A stretch of DNA of 64,000 nt from Malacoraja senta (taxonomy: Eukaryota), in assembly GCA_038087875.1 (NCBI GenBank), contig CM075996.1, positions 9,860,001 through 9,924,000 of the forward strand, given 5' to 3'. The notes beneath the pieces are model-generated. The model was given only the letters and a program-made list of their open reading frames with translations, made no database searches and had not been told where the DNA came from. A program made the position numbers and the translations under genes. Below, piece by piece: positions 47,537 through 61,265 of this stretch. Numbering within the stretch: position 1 is the first letter of the stretch; every line of letters starts with the position of its first letter.

Positions 47537-47945
47537 TCCCTGCTTTCTCCTCCCCTTCTCAGCTCTCCCACAGCCCACAGTCTCCGCCTCTTCCTTTCCT
47601 CTTCCCGCCCCCCCCCCCACCCTCACATCAGTCTGAAGAATGGTCTCGATCCGAAACGTCGCCTATTTTCTTCGCTCCATAGATGCAGCACCTCATATTT
47701 CACTTGGGTAGTTTACACCCCAGCGCTATGAACATTGACTTCTCTAATTTCAGATAGTCCCAACTGTCTCCTCCCCTTCTCAGCTCTCCCTCAGCCCACT
47801 GTTCTGCCTCTCCCTTTCTTTTTCCCGCCCTCCCCACCGTCACATCAGTCTGAAGAAGGGTTTCGGCCCAAAACGTTGCCTATTTTCTTCGCTCCATAGA
47901 TGCTGCTGCACCCGCTGACTTTCTCCAGCATTTTTGTCTACCTTC
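47200..47945 (+). mobile_element. Penelope-like element 3' part with tandem partial repeat (pseudo-LTR)
   Basis: GIY-YIG end, UTR and hammerhead (47633); repeat unit restarts at about 47685 with a second hammerhead (47850). Confidence 0.9.
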
Positions 47946-48005
47946 AAAGTTGATACTTTTTCCTTATATATTCTCCCTTAGGACTCAATGTAAGTGGAAT
48001 CTGCA

Positions 48006-48283
48006 GGTGGTGGCAGCGGTAGAACTGCTGCCTCACAGCGCCAGAGACCTGGGTTCCATCCTGTCTGTATGAAGTTTGTACGTTCTCCCCGTGACCTGCG
48101 TGGGATTTCCCCGGGTGCTCCCACTTCTTCCCACACTCCAAAGACGTGCAGGTTTGAAGGTTAATTGGCTTGGTATAATTGTAAAGCTTCCCCAGTGTGT
48201 CTAGGTGTGTGAGTGTGCGGGGATCGCTGGTCGGCGCCGACTTGGTGGGCCGAAGGGCCTGTTTCTGAATCAAACGAAACTAA
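48006..48283 (+). mobile_element. V-SINE (HE1-like)
   Basis: Family match. Confidence 0.85.
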
Positions 48284-48747
48284 CCTTTATCAGCTGTTGG
48301 GTACTTTGCATCCTTCTGAAGTTTTAAAAGATGACTAATAAATGCCAGTGAATTAGTTTCCTTATATTTATTTGTTCATCGGTACAAAGATTGCAGCCTT
48401 TGGCCATTTTTACTTTCACCTTAAGAAAATGATCGCTACATTGAGAATGGTTTGGAGGAGGATACTTTGAGGCATGGATTGGTATGTTAGGGAATACAGA
48501 TGTCTTAATAGATCCAGGGACAAGAGCCCGAGTACAGAGATTCCAAGCAAACATTGTAAGTCAAATTTCAGAATATGAAGAGTGTTATTTCATCAGCAAG
48601 GATCTTAATTAACTTACAGTGTGATTGAATGATAACTGAGCCTTACATTTTATTTAGTTAAGTGGTGGGGGGGGGGGGGGGGGGTAGGGTAGGGAACACT
48701 ATGAGGGAAAACCCGGATTGGACAGAATCGTGGGAGGGGAAATGGAA

Positions 48748-49053
48748 TTTAGTTTAGAGATACAGCGCGGAAACAGGCTCTTCGGTCCACTGGGTCCGCG
48801 CCGACCAGCGCTCCCCGCATATTAACACTATCCTACACCCACTAGGGATAGTTTTTACATTTACCAAGCCCTTTTACCTACACACGTGCACGTCTTTGGA
48901 GTGCGGGAAGAAAGGGAAGAAAACCCCACGCAGGTCACGGGGAGAGCGTGCAAACTACGTACAGATAAGCACCCGTAGTCGGGATCGAACCCGGGTCTCC
49001 AGCGCAGGAAGCGCTGTAAGGCAGCAACTCTACCGCTGCGCCACCGTGCCGCC
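48748..49053 (-). mobile_element. V-SINE (HE1-like)
   Basis: Family match. Confidence 0.88.
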
Positions 49054-49989
49054 CAAATCTGCTCTCTTTTATTAGGTCATTCACACAAGACTCAAAACAG
49101 CATGGAAACAGGCCCTTCGGCCCAATTTGGCCAAACAGTTGCATGTGCCTGCATTTGGTCCATAACACTCCAAACATTTCTATCCACATCTCTGTCCAAA
49201 TCTCTCAGTTATTTGTTGTTGTTTTATTATAGTTGTTCCCCAAATAAATATGTTTTTTATCTGTGTGCTGCTGCAAGTAAGAATTTCCTTGTTCCATTTC
49301 TGGTCATATGACAATAAAACACTCTTGGCTCTCGAATTTCTTTTAAAAGAGGAGGATGAGGAGTTATCTTTTACAGGCGTACAAGGTCATGTGAAGAATA
49401 GATCAGGTAGTGCCGCTTGCCCAGAGTAGGAGAATTGAGAATCAGAGGGCATAGGTTTAAGGTGAGGGGGGAAAGATTGAACAGGAACCTGAGGGGTGAC
49501 CTTTTTCACACAAATGGTGGTAGGTTATGGAACGAGCTGCCCAAGGAGGTAGTTGAGGCAAGTACTATCACAACGTATAAGAAACAATTAGACAGGTACA
49601 CGAATAGAAGAATATCGGCCAATGCAGGCTGGCATGCGCAAGTTGGGCTGAAGGGCCACGTTGTACGACTTTATGACTATCTTTCTTTCGCTGCTGAGGT
49701 GATCTTGTTACCGGCTCCGATCTTGTCTCAGCTTCTACTGATGAAAAGAGTGGACAGAATGCTCCTGTGTCATCCTGCAATTCACCTACGGTGGGACAAT
49801 TCCCATTACACACATAATGGTAAAAGTGAGGTTCTCCTCTCAAGGGGAATGCGAAAAGGAGGTGATCCCGGCACACTTACACTATCCTACACACACTTGA
49901 GACATTTTACATTTATACCAAGCCAATTAACCAACAAACCCGTACGTCCTTGGTGTGTGGTCCTCCCACACTCCAAAGACTGAAGATCC

Positions 49990-50262
49990 CAGAAACAGGC
50001 CCTTCGGCCCGCTGACCAGCGATCTCCGCACATTAACACTACCCTACACACACTGGGGAGAATTTTACACATTTTTATACCAAGCCAATTAACCTACAAA
50101 CCTGTATGTCTTTGAAATGTGGGCGGAAACCGGATCTCCCGGAGAAAACCCGCGCAGGTCACGGGGAGAACGTACAAACTCCGTACAGACAGCACCCGTA
50201 GTCAGGATCGAACCTGGGTCTCTGGCGCTGTGAGGCAGCAACTCTACCGCTGCGCCACCGCG
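49990..50262 (-). mobile_element. V-SINE (HE1-like)
   Basis: Family match. Confidence 0.88.
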
Positions 50263-50798
50263 CTGCATGCATATAATGAATGAAACACGACAGCCAGACT
50301 GGCACACGATAAGCCAACACAAACTGCAGTGAAATTCTGACAACAGCAGCAGGACACGTTGAAGATAATAATAGGATTAGGAAGAGTCAACATGAATTTT
50401 TGAGAGGAAAATCACGTTTGATAAATCTGTTTGATTTTTTTCTTGAGGTAACTGGCAGAATGGATACAGTCAAACCACTAACTATGATGCCTGCACAATC
50501 CTGATCTCATCAATCATCTGCTGACCTCTACAAAATAATTCTTATCAGATTTGCGAGACATAATTTCCCACGCACAAAGCCATGCTGACTATTCCTAATC
50601 GGTCTGTGCCAATCAAAATGCTGGCAGATCGTGCGTCTTAGAATCCCCTGTGACAGCGTCGAGCCATAGAGTGACACAGCGTGGAAACAGGCCCTTCGGC
50701 CCAACTTGCCCACACCGGCCAACATGCCCCAGCTACACTAGTCCCACCTGCCCACGTTTTTCCCCTTATCCCTCCCAACCTGTCCTATCCATGTACCT

Positions 50799-51052
50799 GT
50801 GTAGGAAGGAACTGCAGATGCTGGTTTAAACCGAAGGTAGACACAAAATGCTGGAGTAACTCACTGGGACAGGCTGCATCTCTGGAGCTAAGTAATGGGT
50901 GATGTTTCGGGTCGAGACCCTTCTTCAGACTGATGTCAGGGGGGATGTCAGATTGATGTCTGAAGAAGGGTCTCGACCCGAAACGTCACCCATTCCTACT
51001 CCAGAGATACAGTCTTTCCCTCTGAGTTTCTTCGGCATTTTGTGTCGATCTT
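50799..51052. mobile_element. Palindromic Penelope-derived hammerhead pair inserted in a minus-strand CR1 fragment
   Basis: Motifs at 50901-50928 (-) and 50960-50987 (+); CTATCCATG(T/C)ACCTGT duplicated on the flanks. Confidence 0.8.
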
Positions 51053-51875
51053 CTATCCATGCACCTGTCTAACTGTTTCTTGAACGCTGGGATAGTCCCT
51101 GCCTCAACTACCTCCTCTGGCAGCTCGTTCCATACACCCACCACCCTTTGTGTGAAAAGGTTACCCCTCAGATTCCTACTAAATCCTTTCCCCTTCACCT
51201 TGAACCTATGTCGTCTGGTCCTCGATTCAGCTACTCCGGGCAAGAGACTTTGTGCATCTACCCGATCTATTCCTCTCATGCTTACACACGACTTATGTCA
51301 GACTCAATAGCCTGTAGCTCCCAAGCTTGTCTTTTTTACCCTTCTTAAGTAGTGGTACAATCTTAACCACTCTCCAGTCTTCTGGAACATCATGCTGGGC
51401 AAAGTCCATATTCTGTGGAATTCTTTGCCACAGAAGGCTGTGGAGGCAAAGTCAGTTGATATATTTAAGGTAGAGGTAGATAGATTCTTGATTAGTTCGG
51501 GTGTCAGACATTATGGGCAGAAGGCAGGAGAATGGGGTTAGGAGGAAGAAATAGATCAGCCATGGTTCAATGGCGGAGTAGACTTGATGGGCCGAATGGT
51601 CTAATTCTACTATCACTTATGATCTTATGAAACTATGATGCAAATATTTTTGCAAGGACCTCTACAATTTCCACCCTAGCTTCCCACAAGGTCTGAGGAT
51701 GTACTTGGTCTGGCCCTGTGGCCACAATGCTACAAGCCGACGTGGTCACCATCTGCCATTGTGAAAAATGTTACCAACATTTGCCTACATTTCTTTGTGC
51801 TATTTTTCTTCTGATTGCCATCAGGGTGTGACAATGGAATAAGAAACATGAATCATGTAACCTTCCTTTAGCAAT

Positions 51876-52175
51876 TTAGTTTAGAGATACAGCGTGGAAA
51901 CAGGCCCTTCGGCCCACCTAGTCCACACCGACAAGCGATCCCCACACACTTACACTACCCTACACACATTAGGGACATGTTGTAACAATTGTACCAAGCC
52001 AATTAGCCTACAACGTCTTTGGAGTGTGGGAGGAACCCGAAAATCCGGAGAAAACCCACGCAAGGTCACGGGGAGAACGTACAAACTCCGTACAGACAGG
52101 ACCCGTAGTCAGGATCGTCCCCGGGTCTCTGGCGCTGTGAGGCAGCAACTCTACTGCTGCACCACTGTGCTACCC
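51876..52175 (-). mobile_element. V-SINE (HE1-like)
   Basis: Family match. Confidence 0.85.
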
Positions 52176-52699
52176 CAGTGTGTCCCAACTGTGCTGAATG
52201 CCATTTTAAATTCCCAATGGCCCTTTCACTACTTCCAATTGTTTTACTACCCTCGATTATATTTCCCTTCTACATCCTTCCAATCATATTATTACTTCTC
52301 CAATCCCCTGGCTGATCTGCTGCCTCGAGTCCACGTTGCTGTTTGATCTCCATATCCGGTGATTGGGTCGGCAGCCAAAAACCCGACTAATCGCATCTTT
52401 GAACATATGTTCAGTAATTGAATATCCAGAGACAGTGAGTGCAAACAATTCTCCAGAGCAAGACATCCTTTGTTGGAGAAGGCGAAGAAAGCCGCAGACT
52501 AGCAGTCTAGCAGTACTCGAACCAAAGTATTTATTCTATAGTTACAGCAATTCTTCCTTACTCTTATACTCTCAATCACCTTGCAATAAAGGCACCTTGC
52601 TACCCCTGTGTTTCAATTATTTTCAAAGATATTGTAACCCATCTTCACACCAAAGAGGATGATTTGATCCTTAGCTCACATTATACTCTGCATTATGAG

Positions 52700-53280
52700 C
52701 AGCGGTAGAGTTGCTGCCTCACAGCACCAGAGATCCGGGTTCGATCCTGACCACGGGTGCTTGTCTGTACCGAGTTTGTACATTCTCCCCGTGACCTCGT
52801 GGGTTTTCTCCGGGTGCTCCGGTTTCCTCCCGCACTCCAAAGAGCTGCAGGTACGTAAGTTAATTTGGTCTAGTTTAGAGATGCAGCATGGAAACAGGCC
52901 CACTGAGTCCGCACCGACCAGCGATCCCCGCACACCAACGCTATCCTACACACACTAGGGACAATTTTTACATTGACACCAAGCCAATTAACCTACAAAC
53001 CTGTACGTCTTTGGAGTGTGGGTGGAAACCGAAGATCTCGGAGAAAACCCACGCAGGTCACACGGAGAGAACGTACAGACAAGGGCCCGTAGTCAGGATC
53101 GAACCGGGATCTCTGGCACTGTAAGGCAGTAGCTCTACTGCTGCGCCACTGTGCCACCCAATTGGCTTCAGTAAAATTGTAAATTGTCCCTAGTGTGTAG
53201 GATAGTGTTAGTGTGAGTGGTGGACGCTGGCTGGGTGGACTCAGTGGGCCGAAGGGCCTGTCTCTAAAACTCAAACTAAC
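52700..53280. mobile_element. Plus-strand V-SINE with a minus-strand V-SINE (about 52868-53159) nested inside
   Basis: Plus copy stops at about 52865 and resumes at about 53160. Confidence 0.82.
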
Positions 53281-53509
53281 TTGTAGTGATTTTCCCTTCT
53301 TACCCTCTGGGCCACCTTGCAATGACAACAAGTTGGCAACTAACAGGGCTGTCCCCTGAAGTGTGAATTGTTTCAATCATTCTAACCCATCTTAAAACCT
53401 AAGAGGATGATAGGATCCTTCGTCCACCTTATATTCCGCTGCAGGAAAGAAAAGAATTCACAGGATTGGGACTAATTAGAGAGCATTTTCAAAGAGTTGG
53501 CATACTCAT

Positions 53510-53797
53510 GGGCGTCACGGTGGCGCAGCAGTAGAGTTGCTGCCTTGCAGCGTCGGAGACGGGCTCGATCCCGCCTGCGGGTGCCATCTGTACATTCCCC
53601 CCGTGACCACGATGGCTTTCTCCGAGATCTTCGTTTCCTCCCACACCCCAAAGACATACAGGTTTGTAGATGAATTGGCTTGGTATAAATTGTCCCTAGT
53701 GTGTGTAGGATGGTGTTAATCTGCGGGGCTCGCTGGTCAATGCGGTCTCGGTGGGCCGAAGGGCTTGTTTCCACGCTGTTATCTCTAAGCTAAACTC
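53510..53797 (+). mobile_element. V-SINE (HE1-like)
   Basis: Family match. Confidence 0.85.
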
Positions 53798-54513
53798 ACG
53801 ATGGGCCAAATGGCCTTGTTTTGTGTTGTAGGGCTCTGTAACATGACAAGTCAACGCTCCAGTGAATTAAGGCTGAGCCTCCATGTAATTAATATCAAAT
53901 ATAAATCCCTCTGCATACTTAATACCCTGAAACACTTTGTAGAAAGGACGAGAAAAGCCACTGGGAAGCTGACACCATTCTTTGATCTCATAATTGACTG
54001 CAGTGAAAAAAAAGCTCCAAGTCCAGGAAGATAAAAGGGCCTGCTCCATCTCCATGGCAACTGTTGGAGAGGCATTTTGTGATCGGGCTGTTCCACCATC
54101 TAAAGAGTTAACGAGACACTGGATTTGGAAACTTAACAAAACAGGGTTTAATAATCTGAATAAGCAATGGTAAATGCTTCAGAACTCGACTCATGTGAAG
54201 TGTAATCTGTAACTGTACCTGACAGGACATCTATTTTGTCAAACAGATCACCAGATGCGTTTTCACACTTTACCCTTCCATATCTCTGTGTCTCCCTCTC
54301 CCCTGACTCTCAGTCGGAAGAAGGGTCTCGACCCGAAACGTCCCCCATTCCCTCTCTCCAGAGATGCTGCCTGTCCCGCTGATTTACTCCAGCATTTTGT
54401 GTCCCTCATCGCCAGATGTGACTGATTTCCCATTTGGACTTTGCATTATTCAAGCCTTCCATAACATCATTGGTGGGTTAGCCACAATCTACCTCATTGG
54501 AGACCCTCGGACT

Positions 54514-57500
54514 TTCTTTTTTTTATTTTATTTTTTAAATATTTTTTATTGGAGATAAGTACACAACCTATTAACATCATTACCAGTCTTACATTTTTGA
54601 ATTGATAATATTATCAATTATTATTACATTGTCTCCAATACCTTTTGCCTTTTTTGTTTTTTTTAAACTAGATAGAACTAAAAAGATAGATGAAGTAAAG
54701 AAAGAAAAGAGAGAGAAGAAAAGAGAGAGAAAGAAAGAAAGAGAAAAAAAAAAGAAAAAAAACAGAAAAGAGAAAGATAGTTAAAGAAGAATGGAAAAAT
54801 GTATTAAAATAAATAACTTCATTCGAGATATATTCGTACATTTCAGAGTATAGCATTTCATCCATTCTTTAGCCCGAGTATTAGTCAGGTTCCCGTGCTG
54901 AACCATTCTGACCCTTTAAATAATCAATAAAGGGAGACCATGTTCCAACGAATAATTCCTGTTTGTCCAACAGGGAAAATCTGATTCTTTCCACGTTTAA
55001 GGTCTCCGTCATTTCTATAATCCACATTTTGATTGTGGGGGTTATAGGGCCTTTCCAAAATTTTAGAATTAATTTTTTTCCCGTTATCATACTATAATCA
55101 ATAAAGTTTCTTTGTGTTGTTGTAAATGTTTGATTTAATTCTAATGTTCCGAGTATTATTAATTTTGAATCCGGGTCCAATTGTGTGCTGGTCACTTTAG
55201 ATATCATACTGAAAATATTTACCCAGAATTTTTTTATTTTTATACAGTTTGCAAACATATGAGATAAGTTAGCTTCTAAATGTTGACATTTATCACATAT
55301 AGGTGAGATATGTTGAAAGATTTTATGTAATTTTGTTTTTGAATAATGTAACCTATGTATTGCTTTAAATTGTATTAAAGAATGTCTGGCATTTAATGAA
55401 CATTGATGTATGTGTTGTAAACTTTCTTCCCAAGTATCTTTCGTTATTATTTGATTTAATTCTTTTTCCCATGTTTGTCTGTGTAAGTCCGTCGATGGAA
55501 TGTCACTGTCTAATAAAATATTATATATATAAGATATAAATTTTTCTGTATTAGGATGTTTATTCCAACATTCGTCAAGAATTTCTGAGTATCTAATTCG
55601 AAAATTTTGAGTATTCGATTTACATAATCTCTGAGTTGAAGATATCTGAAAAAACATTTCCTCGAAGTCCATAAGTCTGTTGCAACTCCTGAAATGTCAG
55701 AAAAGTGCCTTCCTTATAAAGTTGTCCCATATTTTTAATTCCATAATTATTCCATTGTGTAAAACCCCTGTCCAACCATGAAGGCTTAAACAAAGGGTTA
55801 TACACAATTGGAAAAAGTGATAAGTTATCTAATTTTAATGTCTTTTTTAATTGTTTCCAAATTCGTATAGCACTAAATATTATAGGGTTTTCCCTATAAT
55901 TTTTTTTGTTTAATTTAGACGTAGCAAATAATATCGAGCCGATATCAAAAGGTAAACAATCTTCCTTTTCCATTTTTAACCAGTCTGGTTGATGATCTAT
56001 TTCTTCCAACCAGAAATTCATATTTTTAATATTAACTGCCCAAAAATAAAACAGAAAGTTTGGTAACACCAAGCCTCCATTTATTTTTGATTTACACAAA
56101 TGTCTTTTGTTTATCCTATGATTCTTATAATCCCAGATAAAATCATTAACAATGGAATCCAATTTTTTTTTAAAGTTTTTTGACAAATATATCGGAATTG
56201 TCTGAAAAAGGTATAATATTTGCGGTAAAAAAAATCATTTTTATGGCATTCATTTTGCCAACCATTGAGATAGGAAGTGTTTTCCAATATTGAATATTCT
56301 TATGTAGTTTGTTCAGTAATTGGGGAAAATTTGCTTTAAATAATGATGTATATATCTTAGTTACGTAAATGCCTAGATATTTGAATTTTTCGTTTACTAT
56401 TTTAAATGGAAATTGTTGTATTATCTGTTTGTTGTGTTCCCTTATTGGCATAATTTCACTTTTATTCCAATTTATTCTGTATCCTGAGAATGAACCAAAT
56501 TGGGTTATTAGCTTTAATAAGTTTGGAATACTAATTTCTGGTTTTGTAATGTAAATTAGTACATCATCTGCGTATAGAGAAATTTTATTCACTGTATCCT
56601 TTGTGTTATACCCATGTATTTCCGGATGACCCCTAACTCTTTCTGCGAGTGGCTCAATAGCAAGCGCAAATAATAATGGAGATAACGGGCATCCTTGTCT
56701 ACAACCTCTAGATAGGCTGAATTTAGATGACAACCTTTGGTTTGTTAATATTCTAGCAGTAGGGTTTGTATATAACAGTTTTATCCATGTGCAGAATTTC
56801 TCCCCTAGCTGCATGTTTTCCATCACCGAAAATAAATAGGACCATTCAACCTGATCAAAAGCTTTTTCAGCGTCAAGTGAGATTATTGCTAGATCTTCAT
56901 TAATAATTCTCTTAGAATAAATAATATTAAATAATCTTCTTAGATTATAATATGAGTACCGTTTCTGAATAAAGCCTGTTTGGTCAGGGTGTATTAATTT
57001 ATTCATCACTGTACTTAATCTATGCGCTAGTATTTTAGTTAATATTTTCTGATCTGTATTTAAAAGTGCAATTGCTCTATATGATCCCGGATCTTCCGGA
57101 TCTTTATCAACTTTAGGAACAAGTGTTATTATAGATTCATTTAAAGTATCTGGAAGTTTCTGTTGAGTATAGATATGCTCATACAGCCTTTGTAAACGTG
57201 GGGAGAGCAAGTCGTAATTTTTTTTATAGAATTCAGAGCCTAAACCATCTGGTCCTACTGCTTTACCATTTTTTAAAGAGCCAATAGACTCCTCAATATC
57301 CTTTATCGTAATCTCCCTTTCTAATAATTCTCTATCGTTTGAATCTAAACCTTTTAAATTATGTTTTAGTAAGAAATCTGCTATTCCTTCTGGTTGTACT
57401 ACAGTTTTAGTTGAATAAAGATTATGATAGTATTGGAGAAATCTTTCGTTTATATCCTTGGGCATTTTTAATAATTCTCCTGACTCTGTTCTAATTTTAT

Positions 57501-57607
57501 GAATTATTTTTTCCCCTTCCATTTTTCGTAACTGACGTGCTAATAATTTTTGTGGTTTGTCTCCAAACTCGAAATGTAATTGTTTGGTTTTTTGATAAAG
57601 TTTTATT
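54514..57607 (-). mobile_element. L1-clade LINE, 5'-truncated, about 3.1 kb
   Basis: A-rich tail with AATAAA on the minus strand; 11-bp TSD ACCCTCGGACT (54503-54513) / ACCCTCAGACT (57608-57618). Confidence 0.93.
54881..57607 (-). pseudogene. L1 ORF2 (RT and C-terminal zinc knuckle), split into three frames
   Basis: GKAVGPDG, SYRAIALLNTDQKIL, DQTGFI, SLDAEKAFD, RGCRQGCPLSPLLF, SLYADD, FKYLGI, GGLVLPN, CDKC...HMFANC. Confidence 0.93.
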
Positions 57608-58070
57608 ACCCTCAGACTATCTTTGATTGGACTTTACTGGCTTTATCTTGCACAAAACATTATTCCCTTTGTTACCTACCCCTAATTTGTATATTGTGAC
57701 TTTCAACCTGTCGAGTTTAGCGCTGTTAAAATGGAGACCTGCACTGTGTGTGGCTTTCCTGCAAGGTTTTACAGTATTTCTTACTTTGGCTAGTCCTTTG
57801 CTTGTCAACTCTAGCACTGATCAAAGAGTTATCATTTCCTCAAGATGATTCAACTTGTTTCTAAATGTAATTTGGAGAAGTTAACATCTCTACACTGAAT
57901 GGCTCGATTGTAATCATGTATTGTCTTTCCGCTGAAGGGTTAGCACGTAACAAAAAGCTTCACTGTGCCTCGGTACACATGGCAATAAACTAAACCAAAT
58001 TATCCCGCAGCCCAGGCCTGATGGTTTACTGAAGTTACTCCACCATTCACTTCATGGTGGGGTGGTTTAT

Positions 58071-58490
58071 GGGGTACCCAGACGTGGCGTCGAAGGACGA
58101 GAAACCGAAGCAAAGAAGTCGAAGCCAAATAGCCGAATGGAAATGAATCCGAAACGCCCAATAACCGAAAACATACGGAGCCGAAACGCCAACAAACCAA
58201 AAGGGCAGGATACCTAAAAGCAAACTCACTGAATGGCCGCTCTGCCGAAACGCCATCTAACCGAAAGGCTGCGTCGCCTACAAGCCAACTAACCGAAAGG
58301 CTGCGTCGCCTACAAGCCAACTAACCGAAAGGGCGGGACACCTAAAAGCCAACTAACCGAAAGGCTGCGTCACCTAAAAGCAAACTCACTGCTTGGCCGC
58401 TCTTCCGAAACGCCATCTAACCGAAAGGCTGCGTCGCCTACAAGCCAACTAACCGAATGCCGTTCTGCCGAAAAGTCAAATAACGGACAT
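58071..58490 (+). repeat. CCGAA-iterated complex repeat with 32-bp units and ~160-bp higher-order duplication
   Basis: CTAACCGAAAGGCTGCGTCGCCTACAAGCCAA repeated; 58213-58300 recurs at 58373-58457. Confidence 0.8.
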
Positions 58491-59364
58491 GACGTCGCTG
58501 GGGGGCGAGATTTGTCAGCGATTGTTCCAGAACCCCGCGTCCATCACATCACTGGCCGGTGGAAACGGGAGGGTGGGGGTAATTTTCCCACACAAGCCAT
58601 TATTTGACTTTTCGGTGGATGATGGGGGCAGGAGGGGGGGGGGGGGGTCGAGAAGGATAATCCTTCACCACAATATAGCGAAATATCTGCAGAGGGTGCA
58701 GACCAAGATATAAGGTCTAATGAATATTGATTTCCCTAACTTCAGGTAGCCCCGGCATTTCCTCCCTCTCTCTATCCCTCCCGCACCAGCTTCTTGTTTT
58801 CACCCAACTAACAACTAACAACGGCCTCTTTCCTTTATCATCGTTACTTTTTTGCATGTCTTTCATACATTGTTCTTTATCTCTCCACATCTCTCATTGT
58901 CTATATCTCTCATTTCCCTTATCCCTAACCAGTCTGAAGAAGGGTCTCGACCTGAAACGTCACCCATTCCGTTTCTCCAGAGATGCTGCCTGTCCTGCTG
59001 AGTGACTCCAGCGTTTTGTGTCTATCTCAGGTCTAATCTCGGTGGAACACCTATCAGGATCTTTCCTTGCTGTCCCCCCATTGCCCGTTGAGGTGGAGCA
59101 TAGGAAGGATTCTAGCGTGAACAATAACTTGTCACACTCCTGGCCTTTGTCAGTATGCAAACTGAACATGACCAAGACATCTGCTAAAGGAATGCACAAA
59201 GTGTTTGAGGAACTCAGTGGGTCAGGCAGCATGCGTGGAGGGAGGGGGCAGAGGACATCTCTCAGTGTGATGAAGGATCCTGACCCAGAAATGTTGCCTG
59301 TCCAATTCCTCCACAGATGCAGAGTTCCTCCGGCACTTTGTGTTTGATCCTTATACTTTGAGAG

Positions 59365-60078
59365 CAGTGCCGGATTTACCCACAGACCTGGTAGGCTGAA
59401 GCCTCGGGCCTCAAAATCTAGGGGGCCTCCGGCCAAGGTGCATAATATTTTTGACACTGTCATAGGACTTTCTTACACATGCTGTCACAACGCACTGTAG
59501 TCTCTAAACAACCCTTCAGTAATTTTCCTTGCCCTCCATTTCAGAATAATACTGTTTTAAGCCGATAACTCGACACTAGCACCGGCAATAAATAAATGTT
59601 TTTAATGCACAGATTTCCAGCCCCTTATCCCATCGGCCCCGCTTGGCTGCACATCGGTGTCAATCTGGTGGCACCGGGGTCCGGCAAACTTTCACACGTG
59701 CTCCAGTAAGCAGCGATGGGGGGTGCAGCCAGGGAACATCTTTGGATACTTGCAGGCTTCAAAAGTCAAAACTCAGGGGTAAGTAGGAAAGTGCAAAGAT
59801 ATTTGAACTAGGAAGTTGGCAAGGAGCAATGCTAGGGGTAGAGCTGACAATCGTTGCTAGAAACCTACTCAATCACTACGGTATTTAACAATAACATTTT
59901 ATGTCCTTCAGAGAAGGAATTGCGAATTGCGGAATTTTAAACACCCGTCATCATCCTTGGCTTCACTCAAATTATTTAAAACACTCTTCCATCTTCCTCT
60001 AGTCGTGGACGTGGGGGATTGGGAGGGGCCTCACAAGTGGAATAACCTAGGGCCTCTCTTCATCTAAATCCGGCACTG
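59365..60078. mobile_element. hAT-type non-autonomous DNA transposon
   Basis: Perfect 14-bp TIR CAGTGCCGGATTTA / TAAATCCGGCACTG; 8-bp flanks TTTGAGAG / TTTGGGGG (6/8). Confidence 0.82.
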
Positions 60079-60287
60079 TTTGGGGGCAATTTTACAGAGA
60101 GCAATTAACTTGTAATTCTGCATGTGTTTAGGATGTGGGAGGAAACCATGAGCACCCAAAGGAAACCCACACGGTTACAGGGAGAACGTACAAACTCCAC
60201 ACGACACGCGCACGCACACGCACACGCACATGCACACACTGAAGTCAGGGCGAACCTGGGTCTCTGGTGCTGTGAGGCAACAACTAA

Positions 60288-60801
60288 AGGGCCTGTTCCA
60301 CTTAGGCGATTTTTTCGGCGACTGCCGGCGACTGTCATAGTCGTAGCAGGTCACTGAAAAAGTGGTGACTGGACCCCCCACGACAATGTGTACGGCAAGC
60401 TACCGACAACCGGCGACCCATTAGGATGTCCACCTATGACCACACCTACGACCACACATACGACAACTTACGACAACCAAAGTCAACCTACGTCCACCCA
60501 CGACAAGCTACGACAAGCAACGACCTGTCGGCGACAACTGAAGACAATTCAGTCGCCAGTATCTATCGCCAGTTGACGTAGGTAGTCGCCAATGGAATTC
60601 ACCGAAGTCAGCACCCGGTGACAACCTACGTCACCCGGCGACAACCTGCGTCATCCTGGCGACAACCTACAACAGCGCCTACGACAGGAGAAGACAATGT
60701 ACGTCAAGCCCAGTCGCTGAAAACTTTAGAACATTCCAAAATCCAGCGGCGACCAGAAAAACGTCAAGTCGCCGAAAAAATCGCCAAGTGCGACAGGCCC
60801 T
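60288..60801. mobile_element. PIF/Harbinger-type MITE (long, ACGAC-rich)
   Basis: AGGGCCTGTTCCACTT ... AAGTGCGACAGGCCCT; TAA on left only. Confidence 0.78.
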
Positions 60802-61265
60802 TCCCTCCCCATTCCCACGCTGACCTTTCTGCCCTGGGCTCCTCCACTGTCAGAGTGAGGCCAAATGTAAATTGGAGGATTTCTCTAACTTCAAGTAACC
60901 CTTGCTTCTCCTCCCTCTCCATCCCTCCCCCATCCTGGTCGTCGTACTACGTTTCACTGTCGTCCTGTCGAGTTTCACTGTCTGTAACTCGTTACCACCA
61001 AGACCACAGCCAACAATGGATCATTGTGGGTTCCACTTTTCCTTGATCATCATTACTTTTTGCATATCTTTCATTGGTTCTACATCTCTCTATATCACCG
61101 ACTATATCTCTCGTTTCCCTTTCCCGACTCTCAGACTGAAGAAGGGTCTCAACCTGAAATGTCACCTATACCTTTTCTCCAGAGACGCTGCCTGACCTGC
61201 TGAGTTACTCCAGCATTTTGTGTCTATCTTCGGTTTAAACCAGCATCTGCAATTCCTTCCTACAC
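60802..61265 (+). mobile_element. Penelope-like 3' fragment
   Basis: GIY-YIG end, UTR, hammerhead at 61136; similar fragments at 58715-59030 and 61540-62040. Confidence 0.8.
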
